The position numbers and the translations under genes are program-made. Positions 51,990 through 64,000 of a stretch of 64,000 nt of DNA are shown here, piece after piece. The stretch is from contig MU058636.1 of the NCBI GenBank assembly GCA_013265495.1, positions 496,001 to 560,000 on the forward strand, written 5' to 3'. Source of the DNA: Vicugna vicugna. Its lineage: Eukaryota. A model generated the notes under the pieces. The model saw nothing but the letters and a program-made list of their open reading frames with translations. It made no database searches and had not been told where the DNA came from. Numbering within the stretch: position 1 is the first letter of the stretch; every line of letters begins with the position of its first letter.

Positions 51990-53310
51990 AGCCCGGATGC
52001 CATCCTGCCAGCTCAGCGGGGCTCTCGGTGGCGGGCGTGGGGAGGCCGGGGGCCGTCGGGCCGGGGAAGAGGGTGAGCCCCACGGGTCTGAGGGGCACGG
52101 TGCTTCTCTTCCCGAGCGGAACAAGCTCCCTTGTCTTTGAGATGTACTTTGTCTAGTGAAAAACGCGTTTTACTAGATACCGGACTTCGCTCTCACTGAA
52201 GAAAACCCGGGTTCCTTCGGTGTGTATCTGCGGTTTCTTCAGGGCAGTCATGCTGCTCAGAGCCGTTGTGTGAAAGCCTGTAGAACTCAAAGCGGAGTGG
52301 AAGGTGGGTTCTGCTTGGGTCTGAACCGTCTGATCCTGCCGCCGCCCCCTTCGCCCCTGCGAGGAGGCTGGCTGGCTGAGTCTGGAGGGGACACTGCGGC
52401 GTCCGCCACTGCGCGCAGGCGTGCGGGGGGTTCTCCAGGAGGGCCGCGGCGGCCCACGCTGCGGAGAGGGCGGGAAGCAGGGAGGCCGTCCAGGGTCTTC
52501 TTTTGTCTGACACAGGAAAGAGAAATCTCAAAGTAATCTCAAGGTCTAAAAACTGGCGGCTTTTTGGCCATTTGCCTGACTCGGAGGCTTCGTGTCCTTG
52601 TAGAGAAGGACGCCGTCTCCTCCTCACGCGTGGCGGCGTCGGCGGGGCCCGCGCGGAGCGGCCGCGGGCGGGGCGTCCCTGGCTGCCCGAGGAGGGTGTG
52701 GGCTCCCGCAGGGGGCTGTCTTGCTGCCTGTGGGGGCAGGTTAACGCCACGGGAGCGCTCTGTTCGCGCAGTCAGCCGTGACTTCCTCGCTTCTCCCGCC
52801 GGGCCGGGCCTCCTGAGCTTGCCCCCGACGCCTGCGCGCTCCTCCCGCGCCGCGTCCCCGGCCCCGGCCGCCTCGCTGCGCGGGTGGCGCGTGCGGGCGC
52901 CAGGCCAGGTCGCTTCCGTGTGACGCACGGAGGCGCGGTTCTGTGCGCTCGGTGGTTTCTTCGCGGGAACGTGAGGGCTGGGTCGTTACATGACTCCTGG
53001 TTGAAAATACTGTTCAAAAACTACCGAGGCCTGAAGGCGTCTAACGCCGGCACGGGGTGTCAAGTGGCGGCCGCCGTCTCTGTCAGACGTGTTGGACGTT
53101 GCGATGAAGGTCGGGGGAGGGCGTTCCGGGCCGGCAGCCAGGCAGCGTCCCCGGCTCCAGGCTGAGCGCTGAGCTCCCGGGGGGGCCGGGCCGCCGGGGG
53201 GCCGGCCGGGCTGCATCTCCCCTCCTGCTCCGGAAGCCCCCGCCGTCCCTGCTGCTGGCCGTGCGACGTGCCGCAGCTCGGCCGCCTCCTGAGCCGGTCT
53301 GACCGAGGAA
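51990..53310. promoter_or_regulatory. Intragenic CpG island-like region
   Basis: Visibly very high GC and CpG density, densest at 52600-52960 and 53030-53300. GC box GGGCGGGGC at 52666-52674. Function is not shown by sequence alone. Confidence 0.75.
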
Positions 53311-53445
53311 GGACTCAGGATTCAGGTCACGAAGGGTTTTGTGAGAAGACACACAGAGCTGTCGGGGCCACTCCCCCGGTGGTGCTTGGTCAGTGGTGCT
53401 TATCATAGGATTCTTCTCACTTCAGTGTCGATTTGGAGTATTTTC

Positions 53446-53448
<3 letters not shown>

Positions 53449-53488
<40 letters not shown>
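53449..53488 (+). repeat. Uninterrupted A40 homopolymer
   Basis: 40 consecutive A between ttttctgt and ttttttatc. Confidence 0.95.
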
Positions 53489-53492
<4 letters not shown>

Positions 53493-56228
53493 TTATCTTT
53501 GTGTATGGTCATTCAGTACAACTCGACTTCTAGCTGCGAGGTACCAGGTATTGTTGGAGAACCTGGGGATGCAGCTGGGCTGCAGGGCCCGGCCCCTTCC
53601 TCAGAGAGCATCCATTCCGGGGAAGTCAGGCAGACACACAAGAACCACCTGTAAGCAGCAGAAACAACCTTATCGCCGTTATGCAGAGAATCACAACAGC
53701 AAGTGACCTGCCTCCTTCAGATCGGGTGGGGGCACCTCAGGGGAGCCACCACCTTGGCTGGGGTCTGCACGGCCAGCAGGAGCCCTCGGAGCCCAAGCAG
53801 GGGATACAGGAGGGGTCCCCAGTGTGGCGTGTTCCTAGTAAGGCAGCGGCGGGTGGACCAGAGTGGATGCGGGGAGGGTGGCAGGAGAAGGGAGCGGAGC
53901 GGAGAGCAGCGGCCAGACCGTGGTGGCCTCAGTAAAGGACAGAGAGAGAAACTTGGATTTTATTCTCAACGGGATGGAAAGTCTTTGAAGAGTTTTAAAC
54001 AGGAAAAGTACACAGGAAAAAGATCTGTGCATCTTTTTTTTCCCCCTTTTTATTTCTTTCTCTTTTCTTCTTTCTTTTCCTTTTTTTTCTATACCTGATG
54101 ATTTGTGCATCCTAAAAGATGAAGGTGTTGCTGTGGGAGAGAGAGATGGTGCGGTGGCGGGGGTGGGGTGAGGAGACCGGGTAGGCGGCGATGACTTGGA
54201 AGCAGGTGGAGGTGGAGGTGAGGAAACGTGTTCGGGATCTGTGGAGCTCGCACAGGGTGGACCCGGCGGGCTTGGGAAGGAGAAGAACACCTTCGCGAGT
54301 CCTTCTGAGCCGGTGGGGAGCACGTGCGTGGGAAGGGGAGGGGTTCTGTTCTGGCCATGTGAGTTCCGTGGAGATGTGTGGAAGAAACAGGAGGGTCAGT
54401 GAGCATCTTGGTGGAATTTGAATCTCGGTGAGAGAGAAGTGCAACTCCAGCTGGATGCGAGGGCACCTAAGGCAGGAGCCATCCTGGAAGCAGGTGGCTG
54501 CTGTGATCAGTGCTGTGTTTGGAGGGGGCCCGGGAATGGCTCTCCCCTGGCCTCACAGGGAAGGGGATGCAGACGTGGTGAGGAAAGACGGAAGGACGGG
54601 GTAGGACTCTCTGGGACTGCAGAGAAACCGGCTAGGGAGGGCGACTCAGCCAGGCTGATGAGCCTGGCTGAAGGTGCCAGGTCTGGAAGAGGAGGCCTTT
54701 CCGGAGGTGTCTGCCAGCCTAGGTGGCACCGGAAGTGGCTGATGGATGGAACTGGGCCGAGGGGCTTAGTAAGTAGCCCTGGAGTGAAGAGAAAAGGGCT
54801 GAGCTGAAAGGGCTCTGGGGGTTGTGTGGAACTGGAGAACTTCCCTTACATAAGGGGCTCCCACAGCATCTGTGTTTGGGGGGCAGTGGGCACACATAGT
54901 CCTCGAGGTTGAGAAATTTTACATACACATGTATGCCTTCCAAGGAGTTACATTTTATACTCAGTAGATGTACGTTTGTATGTAAAATTTTTATCGTCTC
55001 CATGAATACAGATTCATGCCTGTATTCTATACATGTAATTTAAAGTCTGATGTTTAGAAGAAACTAAACTAGATAGGATAAAGGAAAAATGTCCATTGTT
55101 CGTTTTTCCTATTATTTTCATAAACGCATCTTAGAAGCAGGAACAGAGCCCTTTCAGAAGCTTGCATCTGGGAGGGGTGGGTAGGGAGGCCTTAAACTGC
55201 GCTAACAACAGAGAAAGCACTGTGGATGGCTAAGGTTTCAGAGTCCGATTAGATTTCACTCCACAGAGGCCTTTTCCCGCCTGTGGGCTGGAAAACTTTC
55301 TCCAAACAGGATATGGTGATTACTCTTAAAGGATCATTGCAAGTCCTGACAATAGCTCATCGCTGGTGCTCAGAGGGACGGCTCCTCTTAAACATGTAGT
55401 GGTGATCTGAATGAACATAACATATGTGCAAGCATGTAAAATACTAGCCCATCTACCAAACTGGAAGGTGACTACCTGAAGATAATTCCAAATAATTTAG
55501 TTCTATTAACCTAGTTTGGGGTCCATTAAGCAACAAGCCTAGCATTTATAGAGAAGAATAAACGAAGTTAAAAATTCTCAGCAAACAAATGAAACAAGAA
55601 CATGGGGTTTGAAAAAGGACAAAGAAAAAGTTGAGCAGGAAAGGGTGGTTCTTCAACAGACACTGGGGAAACCGCCTCTCCTACCACCATCTCTGCGTTT
55701 CAGAACACAGTGTAATTCCAGCCGGAGAACGTGATCTGGCTGCAGGGTGGTAAGATAATGGTCTGTCCTGGTTTGGTTTTTGGGTTTTTTTTACTTGCAC
55801 AGTAAAGGTTTAGTAATATCTTTAACTCCCTCCCGAAAGCTTTGGAGGACATGGGACATTTCTTCACACAAGCAGATTGGGTTGTTTGTCCAAATGAAAG
55901 GCATTTTTGAAAAAAAGAAATCCAGCTGCTAGCCACAGGATCCCCACAACGCCTGGTGGGCAAAGACGAGCCCAAGTACTAGGTGTCTGTGCTTCTATTT
56001 TGGATCATGCGTATTCGAAGCAGTCAGTTTCGTCCTGGGGAAAGGCAGGGTCACATCCACCACTGCTCGTAGACAGGGACCCCCATTCTGCGTCCAGCCC
56101 GACCTCATCCTGAGCCTCAGGCCCACGCTCACTGAATGAATTTCCAGCTTTTTCAAATAGGCACTTCCTCCTCAAGGTCTCTTGGTCTCCAGGCCTCTCA
56201 AAATCAATGTGTCAAAATATCAACTAAC

Positions 56229-56231
<3 letters not shown>

Positions 56232-56261
<30 letters not shown>
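56232..56261. repeat. (AC)15 microsatellite
   Basis: Perfect AC repeat. Confidence 0.9.
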
Positions 56262-56263
<2 letters not shown>

Positions 56264-56911
56264 CGCCACACACCATGCACATATACACATGCATGCGTGC
56301 AGCAGAGGTGGGGAGACAAAGCAGACCAAAACTTGTTTCTCTGGCTGTAAATCCTATCTTGCTTTCAAGTCATCCAGAGCAGGGACCTGAGACTCACTCC
56401 TGACTTCTCCACATGCACAGGTCCCATGTGCCTCAGTGTGACCTGTTCCAGCCTCTTCTCCCTTGAGTGGTCAGGCTGCCACTCCAGTCCTCCTCCCCTT
56501 CATCCCAGCCCTCCCTCCATCATGAATCCAGACCCTGCCAGTCTCCCCGCCCCCACAGATGCCTCCTGGTCTCCCTGCATCCATCCTGGCCTCCCAAAGT
56601 CTGTTGTTAGCTCCGTGGCTGGAAGGATGATTAGGAACCTGGATCACTGATGTCATTCTGCTGTTCAGAAACCTCCAGTGCTGCCCTCCTCCCATGCTCT
56701 TGCCCACCCCCTACCTCATCATTCAACCCCCCCGAGGTCAGTTCCATCCTCAGGCTTATGGACTTGCCAGTCCTCCCTCCTCAGAAGGCTGTGCCCTCAC
56801 ACCGTCACCCTCCAAGTCACCACTCAAATCCTCCGCAGTTCCCCCAACAACCACAGAAGCACATGAGCAACACCCCCCCACCTGCCTTACTCGTCAGCCT
56901 TCATCTCACAC

Positions 56912-57741
56912 TTAATTTTTTTATAGTATTTTTTAAACTTTTTTTGTGTATATATATTTTTGTTGCAGTATAGTCAGTTTACAGTACTGTGTCAGTTTCT
57001 GGTGTACAGGATCATGTTTCAGTCCTACATGTACACACATATCTTCCTTTTCATATTCCCTTCACCGTAAGTTACAATAAGATAATGAATATAATTCCCT
57101 GTGCTATACAGTATGAATTTGTTTAACTATTTAATATATATTAGTATTTGCAAAACTTGAACTCCCAATTTATCCTTTCCCACCCACCTTCTCCCTTGGT
57201 AACCATAAGTTTGTTCTCTATGTCTGTGAGTCTGTTTCTGTTTTGTAAATAAGTTCATTTGTCTTCTATTTTTTTTTCAAGATTCCACATATAAGTGATA
57301 TCCTGTGGTATTTTTCTTTTTTTCTCTGTCTGACTTACTTCACTTAGAATGGCAGTCTCCAGGTCCATCTGTGTTACTGCAGATGGCATTATTTTATTCT
57401 TTTTTATGGCTGAGTAGTATTCCATTGTATAAATAAACCACAACTTCTTTATCCAGTCATCTGTCGTTGGACATTATGGTTGTTTCCATGTCTTGGCTGT
57501 TGTAAATACTGCTGCTGTAAATGCTGGGGTGCACATATCTTTTTGAATTGGATATATGCCCAGGAGTGGGATTGCAGGATCATATGGTAATTCTGTTTTT
57601 AGCTTTTTAAGGAACCTCCATACTGTTTTCCGTAGTGGCTGCACCAAACTGCATTCCCACCAACAGTGTAGGAGGGTTCCCTTTTCTCCACACTCTCTCC
57701 AGCATTTATCATTTGTGGACTTTTTAATGATAGCCATTTTC
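56912..57741 (-). mobile_element. LINE-1 3' end, antisense, 5'-truncated
   Basis: Minus-strand ORFs give the L1 ORF2 C-terminus ([69 protein letters not shown]); T-rich tail at the left. Confidence 0.95.
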
Positions 57742-57849
57742 CGCCCTTGATTTTTATCTGTGGTGCCGCTCACCATCTGATGGTCTGTGTGATGTTCTCA
57801 TGTCCTTGGTTTGCCTTCCATACATATAAGTTCCAGGAGCTTCAAGCAC

Positions 57850-58065
57850 AGTTGAGTTCTCAACTTAAAATAACAGGAAATCAATAGAGAATTTAAAAAT
57901 AAATGAAGGAGAATCACCTGAGGAATATTTTTTAATAACATAAGGTTGTGCAAACTCTACCTCAGACCAGTTGAATCAGAACCTCAGGGTTTGGGGACCA
58001 GAAGTTGCTGTTTTCACAAGGTCCCCAGGTGATCCAGGACTGAGCCCAGGTGGAAAGCCATCGCT
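57850..58065. mobile_element. MER5-like hAT relic
   Basis: gttctcaact...gaatcacctgagga...cctcagaccagttgaatcagaacctc...tttcacaaggtccccaggtgatcc. Confidence 0.65.
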
Positions 58066-58651
58066 CCCGGAGAGAGATGTTAAACTGTGGATGGTCCCTG
58101 CTTATACCCTCAACAGCTGTTGGTTTGCCCTTGGAGTCATTGCCCCAACTCCTGAAGGCGACAGCCCAGACCCTGTGCAGATGGGACCCCTGGGGGGCCT
58201 TTCAGCCTTGGGTCCTGCCTCCCTTCCTCACTGCCCCACAGAGACCCCTGTGTCTTCCCTAGTGGGTCACGTGGCCTCACGTACACCTGCCTTGTTTCTT
58301 CCGGAAGTGCTTCCTCCCCACTCTCTGTTCGGTGACCTGCTCACGGTTGAAGTTCTGATCAGATGTCAGCTGTCAAGTGTAATTCTCCCTTCCACCACAG
58401 CTCTCCCAGTGATCACGCGTTACTGGGTAGCGCATCGTGTGTCCTGTCTCTTTCTTATCATAATCACACTCTCCCCGTCAGACTCGAGCCTCCTAAAAGG
58501 TTGTAGGAACATCCCCTTGCTGTGTCCTCAGCATCTGGCCAATTATTAAACACAGTTCTTTAACCAGTGAACCCAAACAACAGTATCTTAATGTGACAAG
58601 AGACACCTTTATTGGGTTTCCTGGAGTATTCTGTAGTTATATGCGCACCCG

Positions 58652-58708
58652 CACACACAGACACACACACACAGACACACACACACACAGAGACACACAC
58701 ACACACAC
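58652..58708. repeat. Interrupted (CA)n microsatellite
   Basis: cacacacagacacacacacacagacacacacacacacagagacacacacacacacac. Confidence 0.9.
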
Positions 58709-61700
58709 GTGCACATCTAAGGAGAAGTGTGTGTGTCCAGTCCTGACTCCCTGGTCCTGAAGAGAGAGCCCACGTTACCTGTGGTTCAGTTCCTGCCCTT
58801 TTCCTAAATTTAATCTATGCTGCCCTCTCTTTAAGCAGATGACCTTGTTAAGTACTTGATGTTAAAAAAAAATTTAAGGAGGGCTTTGCAAGTGACACCT
58901 CTTATGTGCTCGTTGCTGAACAGATAAGATTTTCTCTTCCTCTCCAGAGCTGACTTTTCTTGCTGTCCTCTCATCCCACCAGCTGTCACCTTGTCCTGGA
59001 CCCTGATTCCGCTTTAACTCCCATTCACATCCCTGCCCCGCTGGTCTTTTCATTCTCTGCTCATTTAATGCGGGAGAGCGGCGAAGCCCTGTCTGACCCC
59101 TCACGGGGCTCTCTGCCGCCTGCTCCTCCCTACCCCCGCCTACAGCTGGGGAGCCCCGAGTTTCTGGGCGCAGCCTCTGTTAGCTCAGATCCCTAAGCAG
59201 GGGTCGCCAGTCACCATCTTAGCTCCAGACCCAGCGGTCGTCAGGCTGGTCATCCTCAGCCTTCTGACAGCACCAGCCGCTTGCTGTCTATCTCCCTGAG
59301 AACTCAAGAGAAAGCGCATCTCGCCCATTTCCCTTTGTTCTCTGTTGACCCTCCTCCAGGAAGCTTCTCCCAGAAGGAGCCCGTTGTCCCCACTGCCCCT
59401 GAGTCCCAGCACCAGTTGGCACTGCCAGCTTGACTGTCTGAAGCTTATCTTTTCTCCTCCTCACTCCCTCTTACAACAGCTCCTGCCAGATTTCTCTCTG
59501 TCCTTCATCCTCTGCTGCGTGTCCCAGGCCTCTGATCATCTCGCGGCCTCCGTGGTCAGTGGCCTCCACAGCCAATCCATCTTTGCATCCTGTTGACTCT
59601 CCTCCCTGCCCTCATGTAAACCTTCACGTCCTTTATTGCTTCCCGCCTTCCTGCCTCCAGCCTCTCCTGCTGACACAGCGACAACCTTGACTTTTGCAAA
59701 AGCCTGATTTCATTGTCACTCTGCCCAGAACCTGCAGCCATTCCCTCATTCCTCTTCCTCATTCTCCCTGGGGTTCCCGGCTCCCCACGGTCTGTCGTAC
59801 CGGGCCGGCCCCCAGGGCACCTGCTGCCCAGCGCAGGGGTCCCTCCCTCCCCTCCACCCTGCCTTCCTGTGAATCCCTCTGTCTTCTGGATGGAGTGCTC
59901 CTGCCTTCTCTCCACCCAGGCACACTACCCTTTCTTTTATTTGTCCTTTTGTGAGAGCATCCGACACAGATCCCTGCTTTTCTGTTTCTTTTTCAACTTA
60001 ATTTTCGAGATGACAGAATAAGAGCCCTGGGACAGGAGATGGGACAGGAGACCCTGGCCTCTACGACGTGGTCCCGAGCGGGTCCCTGGCAGGGCCTTGC
60101 ATCTTCGTTTCTCCCTGCCGAGTACTTTAGGGCTCGGAGCCTCGCTCCTTAATCAGTGTGTTTTGTCGACAAGCAGTAAAAACGGTAGGAAACATTCCAA
60201 GAGCTGGTGTCTTGTCTCACTCCAGCGAACGGTGGCTTTGAAAGGGAGCCACATCAAAACCAACCCCCCGTTTGGATAACCGTTTGTACTCACGCTCGCC
60301 TGGCGTCTGGGCCTCCCGGGTGGTTCCCCCCAGGACAGGGCTTCTGGGTTTCTCTGGGTCTCTTGCTTTTCTCATTGGTGCAGTGAGAAGTGCATTGACT
60401 CAGCCATTCAGCAGTCGTGTCATGAGTGCCTAGGATGGGGACAGGCAGATTTCTGAGGCTACTTTTACCTGTACAGTAGCAATGCCATTTTCTGAAGACA
60501 AACACACAAAAGCCTTACTCGGCTAGCAGGCCTCTGAGAGACTTTTTTCTTATTACCGTTTTGCCATTACAAGCTTTCTACGTGCCCCTCCCCCTGTTTC
60601 TTCTTTGGTCCCACCTTTATTTTCCCATCCAAGCCTAGGCCCCTCTGCTTTCAGCTCTCCAACATCATGTGAGCTTCTTAAATAAACACGGCAGATTGCA
60701 GAGTAGAAAGAGATTTCTCAGGGTTCCGTGACGGGCCGAGGCAGAGGCGGCAGCGCGGGCTCTGCAAGAAAGCGGGATCTCGCGGGTTCTTTTCAGGACT
60801 TAAGCTGTCCTGTCACGTTGCTGTGTCGTTAAGACTTGATCTATCTCTGTATCTTGATAGATTTTTTTTCAGATAATAGTTCTCTGATAGCAAATCAGCT
60901 CTATGGTCTGTTGTCCCCCACACTATCAAAGTCGAACAATTTATATAACTCCCATGATTCGAGACCACCCTTAGCAATCTCGCCAGAGCTGGCCCTTCAG
61001 CACCTGGCGGTCTCCGGGCAAGGCGCACTTTCCCTGCTCCCGAGTCTGTGGAGCAGATCCCTTAATGCTCCGGCTTCAGTGGTTTCTACCCATCATGTGC
61101 TCACAGTGATGCAGGCTGTGAACGGAGTTTCACCCACTGCCTTGTCCGGCTGGGGCTCCTGAGGAACTGAGCATTTTCCCCGTTGGTCCTTAGACCGCTC
61201 CCGGGCATCTCCACGTTTGCAACGTCCTGTCTGGTAAGAAGGTAACGAAGCAGGGATTGGCCCCCCTGCTCAGAACAGCCGGGGGGCTGGGAGGCCCCAG
61301 TCGCCGGGGGTGCCCTGTGCCAGCATTCCACAGCCCCCTGCACTCAGCAAATTCCAGACGCCTCACGGCCGTGCCGGCGCTGAATGGTGACTTCAGGCTT
61401 CACTGGGTTTGGGCCTCAATGGGGCTGAGCCAGGGCTGACGTGACTTACTGTTCAGACAACAAGCTCCAAAGGGGGAAAACAGCTCAGATACCCGCTGAC
61501 TGCTGCCTTCTCCAAAAGAAACCGACTGGGGAGAAGCTCTCGGGCCATTGTGACCCCGGCTCCATCTACTTCCGCAGCGTCTTTCTGTCTCGGCCCTTTT
61601 GTAGTGGGGACAGGTGACTCGATGATTTTGAATAATTGTAATGTGTGATACTTAACTTCTAAATAACAGGTCAATAAAGCAGAAAATTATTTGGAAGATA

Positions 61701-62139
61701 AGATGAATAAACAGTGTTATGGAGTATTTAAAAAAAACCAAGCACTTTATACGTAACTTTAAATTGAATAAAAGTACTGAGTTAAATACTATTGAATTTA
61801 ATTGAATTTCAGAATTACATCTTTTTAGATTGTGTGAAACACACCTTGAACTTTGAGGATTCTTTACCAGTAATACCAGTATATTAAATCTTTGTTTAAA
61901 CCTGATATATTTCAACTGAGTAGGAAAGCTTTGCAAGTAGACCTTGGAGTTGTTGATTGATTTATTTATGTTGTAATAATTTGTACTTTCCTAAAAAAAA
62001 AAAAGGAAATCCTCTGGACACATTGATGTTACTACAGTGAAATCATTCCAAGGTAATAGTTTCACATTCTTCATAGCATGAGTTCCTAGAATAATGTAGC
62101 TGCTAAAATAGCATAACTCTGACCCATGTCATATTTTGT

Positions 62140-63075
62140 TTTATGTTAATTTAGGTCATTTTAACCATTTTGAAGTTACAGTTCAGTGGCATTAAGTATA
62201 TTCATGATAATATATAACCCTCCTCACTGTTTACTTCCAGAATTTTTTCATCTTCCCAAACAGGAAATCTGTAGCCATTAATTCCTCATGCCCAGCCCTA
62301 ACATACTCTGTGTATTTGCCCAGTCTTGGTACCTCACGTAAACAGAATTACACAGTATTTGTCCTTTGCGTCTAGCTTATTTCACTCAGCATAACGTGTT
62401 CAAGGCTCATCCGTGTTGCAGCTTGTGTCTAAGGCTGAGTAACATTACTCCAGTAAATGTTTTGTGGAGGAGGACAGAAAGCTTTCCTTGACCCTCTCAG
62501 AGTCCCTCACTGGGTCTGAAAGAGACAGACCAGCAGAAGAGCGTACAAATGTGTTTATACAAGTTCTCTCTGACTCTGGATCCTTCACCAGGGGAAATGG
62601 TGAAACCTGAATGTTTTATGCTGCGTTTGAGGAAGAGGGGGCCCCGGGAAGGTGTGCTAGGCTGGTGGGGGGAGCTCAGTGTGGGGAGCTGCGGGACTCC
62701 GCGAGGCTGGTCCGTCCAGATTCCCTCTGTGTATGGGGGGTGAGGGTCCTCTCACCTGAAGGTCTTAACCTGCTTCAGGGGGGACGGGCAAGAGGAGGTC
62801 GCAGACACCTTCCTGCTCCTGCCATCTTCTCAGACTCCTTCAGCTTACCCTGCTCAGTCCGCCAAGGTGCCGCATTTGGGGGCAGCGTGTCCTGATCCCC
62901 GTGGGCACGTCCTGCGTCTTGTTCATCATCCGTCCATTGTCAGGCGTTTGTGTCGTTCCCGCCTTCCAGCTGTGGGTGACACTGCTGTGAACGTGGCGGG
63001 TCACGTTTCTGTCTGGGTGTTTATTTTGGAACGTGCCTCCCTCCCTCTTTCTCTTAGGATAGAAAATGCTTTGTG
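62140..63075 (-). mobile_element. Old LINE-1 3' fragment, interrupted by an LTR at about 62463-62904
   Basis: aaccattttgaagttacagttcagtggcattaagtatattca...ttatttcactcagcataacgtgttcaaggctcatccgtgttg; resumes after 62905. Confidence 0.75.
62463..62904. mobile_element. Solo ERV1-class LTR nested in LINE-1
   Basis: Starts TGTGGAGGAGG; ends ...ccaaggtgccgcatttgggggcagcgtgtcctgatcccc, an end motif seen in antisense MER41/LTR39-like LTRs. Confidence 0.6.
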
Positions 63076-64000
63076 AGTAACTCTTTCTTCCCAAGGTAGT
63101 CCAGGACTGGCCATTTTGCTGTTCTCGAGTGAGGTAATACTTCCACGGGGAAGAGCGTCCTACGTGAAGGTCTAGGTCAGCTCGTTAGAGGAGCGCGTAG
63201 GGCTTCACGCCTCCTTGTGACACCATCTCTGCGTGACGGCGGCCGCAACCGTGCACCTGCGGGTGCTTGGGTGGACGCGAGGAGAGACGGCCGGTGGGGG
63301 TTTGGTGAGAGCTGTGCGTGTCAGCGTGGGCGAGACCCCACTGTTTCCCAGGAGGCTTGGCTGTCGCGCGCCTCCCTGGAGCCTCAGCCCCGGGAGCCCT
63401 GGCGTGCAGGCTGGGGCGCCCAGACGCGGCCCCCGGCGCCCCGCAGGACGGCTGTCTGGTTGACGTGCGGGGCCGCACGCGGGAGCCCAGCCAAGTCAGG
63501 AGGGAAGTGGTCGGGCAGCCAGCGGATTCTGTTGTGGGTTCTTCCCTCTCTCTTGATTCTCATATTTGAAAATCGCGGAACGAAGGGCATCTTCTCTGTT
63601 TCGCTGGTGCTCCCGCAGTCCTGGGACCTGGAGAAAGCGCCTTTGCTTCTGTTTCCCAGTCAGGAAAAGGTACCCTGTTCTGCTCCCAGGGCTGGAGGGA
63701 GGTGGTGGTCTTTGCTCACGATAGTCGAGTATTAATCCATTAACCACAGCTGAGCTCCTGACAAAGAAGTGTGACCTTTCAAATTATCTGAACTGTCTGC
63801 TGTATGTCACATTTTACCTTTTTAGAGAAGTGCTAATTCATGTTAAGTCCGCCTGAGAGATCTGTTTAATGAGCAGATTAAGCGGATGATTATCCCTCTC
63901 TTAATTTTTTTTTTAAGGAAGGGCTGCTTGAGATGCCTCTTGTCTGTTTGGCAAAGGAACACAGAAAGGTCTTTTTGAAATTCCCCCTGCAGGGTCACAG

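Noticed and set aside
52193..53406. Cluster of Arg/Ala/Pro/Gly-rich ORFs on both strands
   Set aside because: Expected from stop-codon scarcity in a CpG island; no recognisable domain or consistent frame.
53341..53706. ORF with a poly-lysine run
   Set aside because: It is the translation of the A40 tract and has no other coding features.
31874..64000. Next ATP8A2 exon (expected to begin about ATMVLSSAHFWLGL) or a nested gene
   Set aside because: No matching peptide in the ORF track or by eye, consistent with a long intron continuing beyond the window. A short unrecognised exon cannot be fully excluded.

Overview
Mammalian genomic DNA, most likely a camelid. Seven copies of a tRNA-derived SINE match what I recall as the tylopod vic-1 type, and the LINE-1 3' ends are artiodactyl-type. 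The window lies inside the P4-ATPase phospholipid flippase gene ATP8A2 on the + strand. Six coding exons (6096-6170, 12573-12695, 14591-14669, 29852-29913, 30418-30474, 31766-31873) splice with GT-AG sites into one 504-nt, 168-aa open frame covering the C-terminal membrane domain (about TM5/6 to TM9), probably exons 28-33 by human numbering. The rest is intron: LINE-1, LINE-2, MIR, SINE, LTR and MER20/MER5 relics, microsatellites and an intragenic CpG island near 52-53.3 kb. I found no prokaryotic-type system, CRISPR array or new protein-coding gene; nearly all ORFs in the track are chance frames. The best second-look items are an old LINE-1 segment apparently rewritten by AT-to-GC substitutions, a TSD-bounded 5'-inverted LINE-1 with a polyadenylated tail unlike the other L1 tails here, an orphan CpG island followed by a pure A40 tract, and a recent 112-bp tandem duplication. 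Repeat family names are from memory of consensus sequences and need RepeatMasker/Dfam confirmation.
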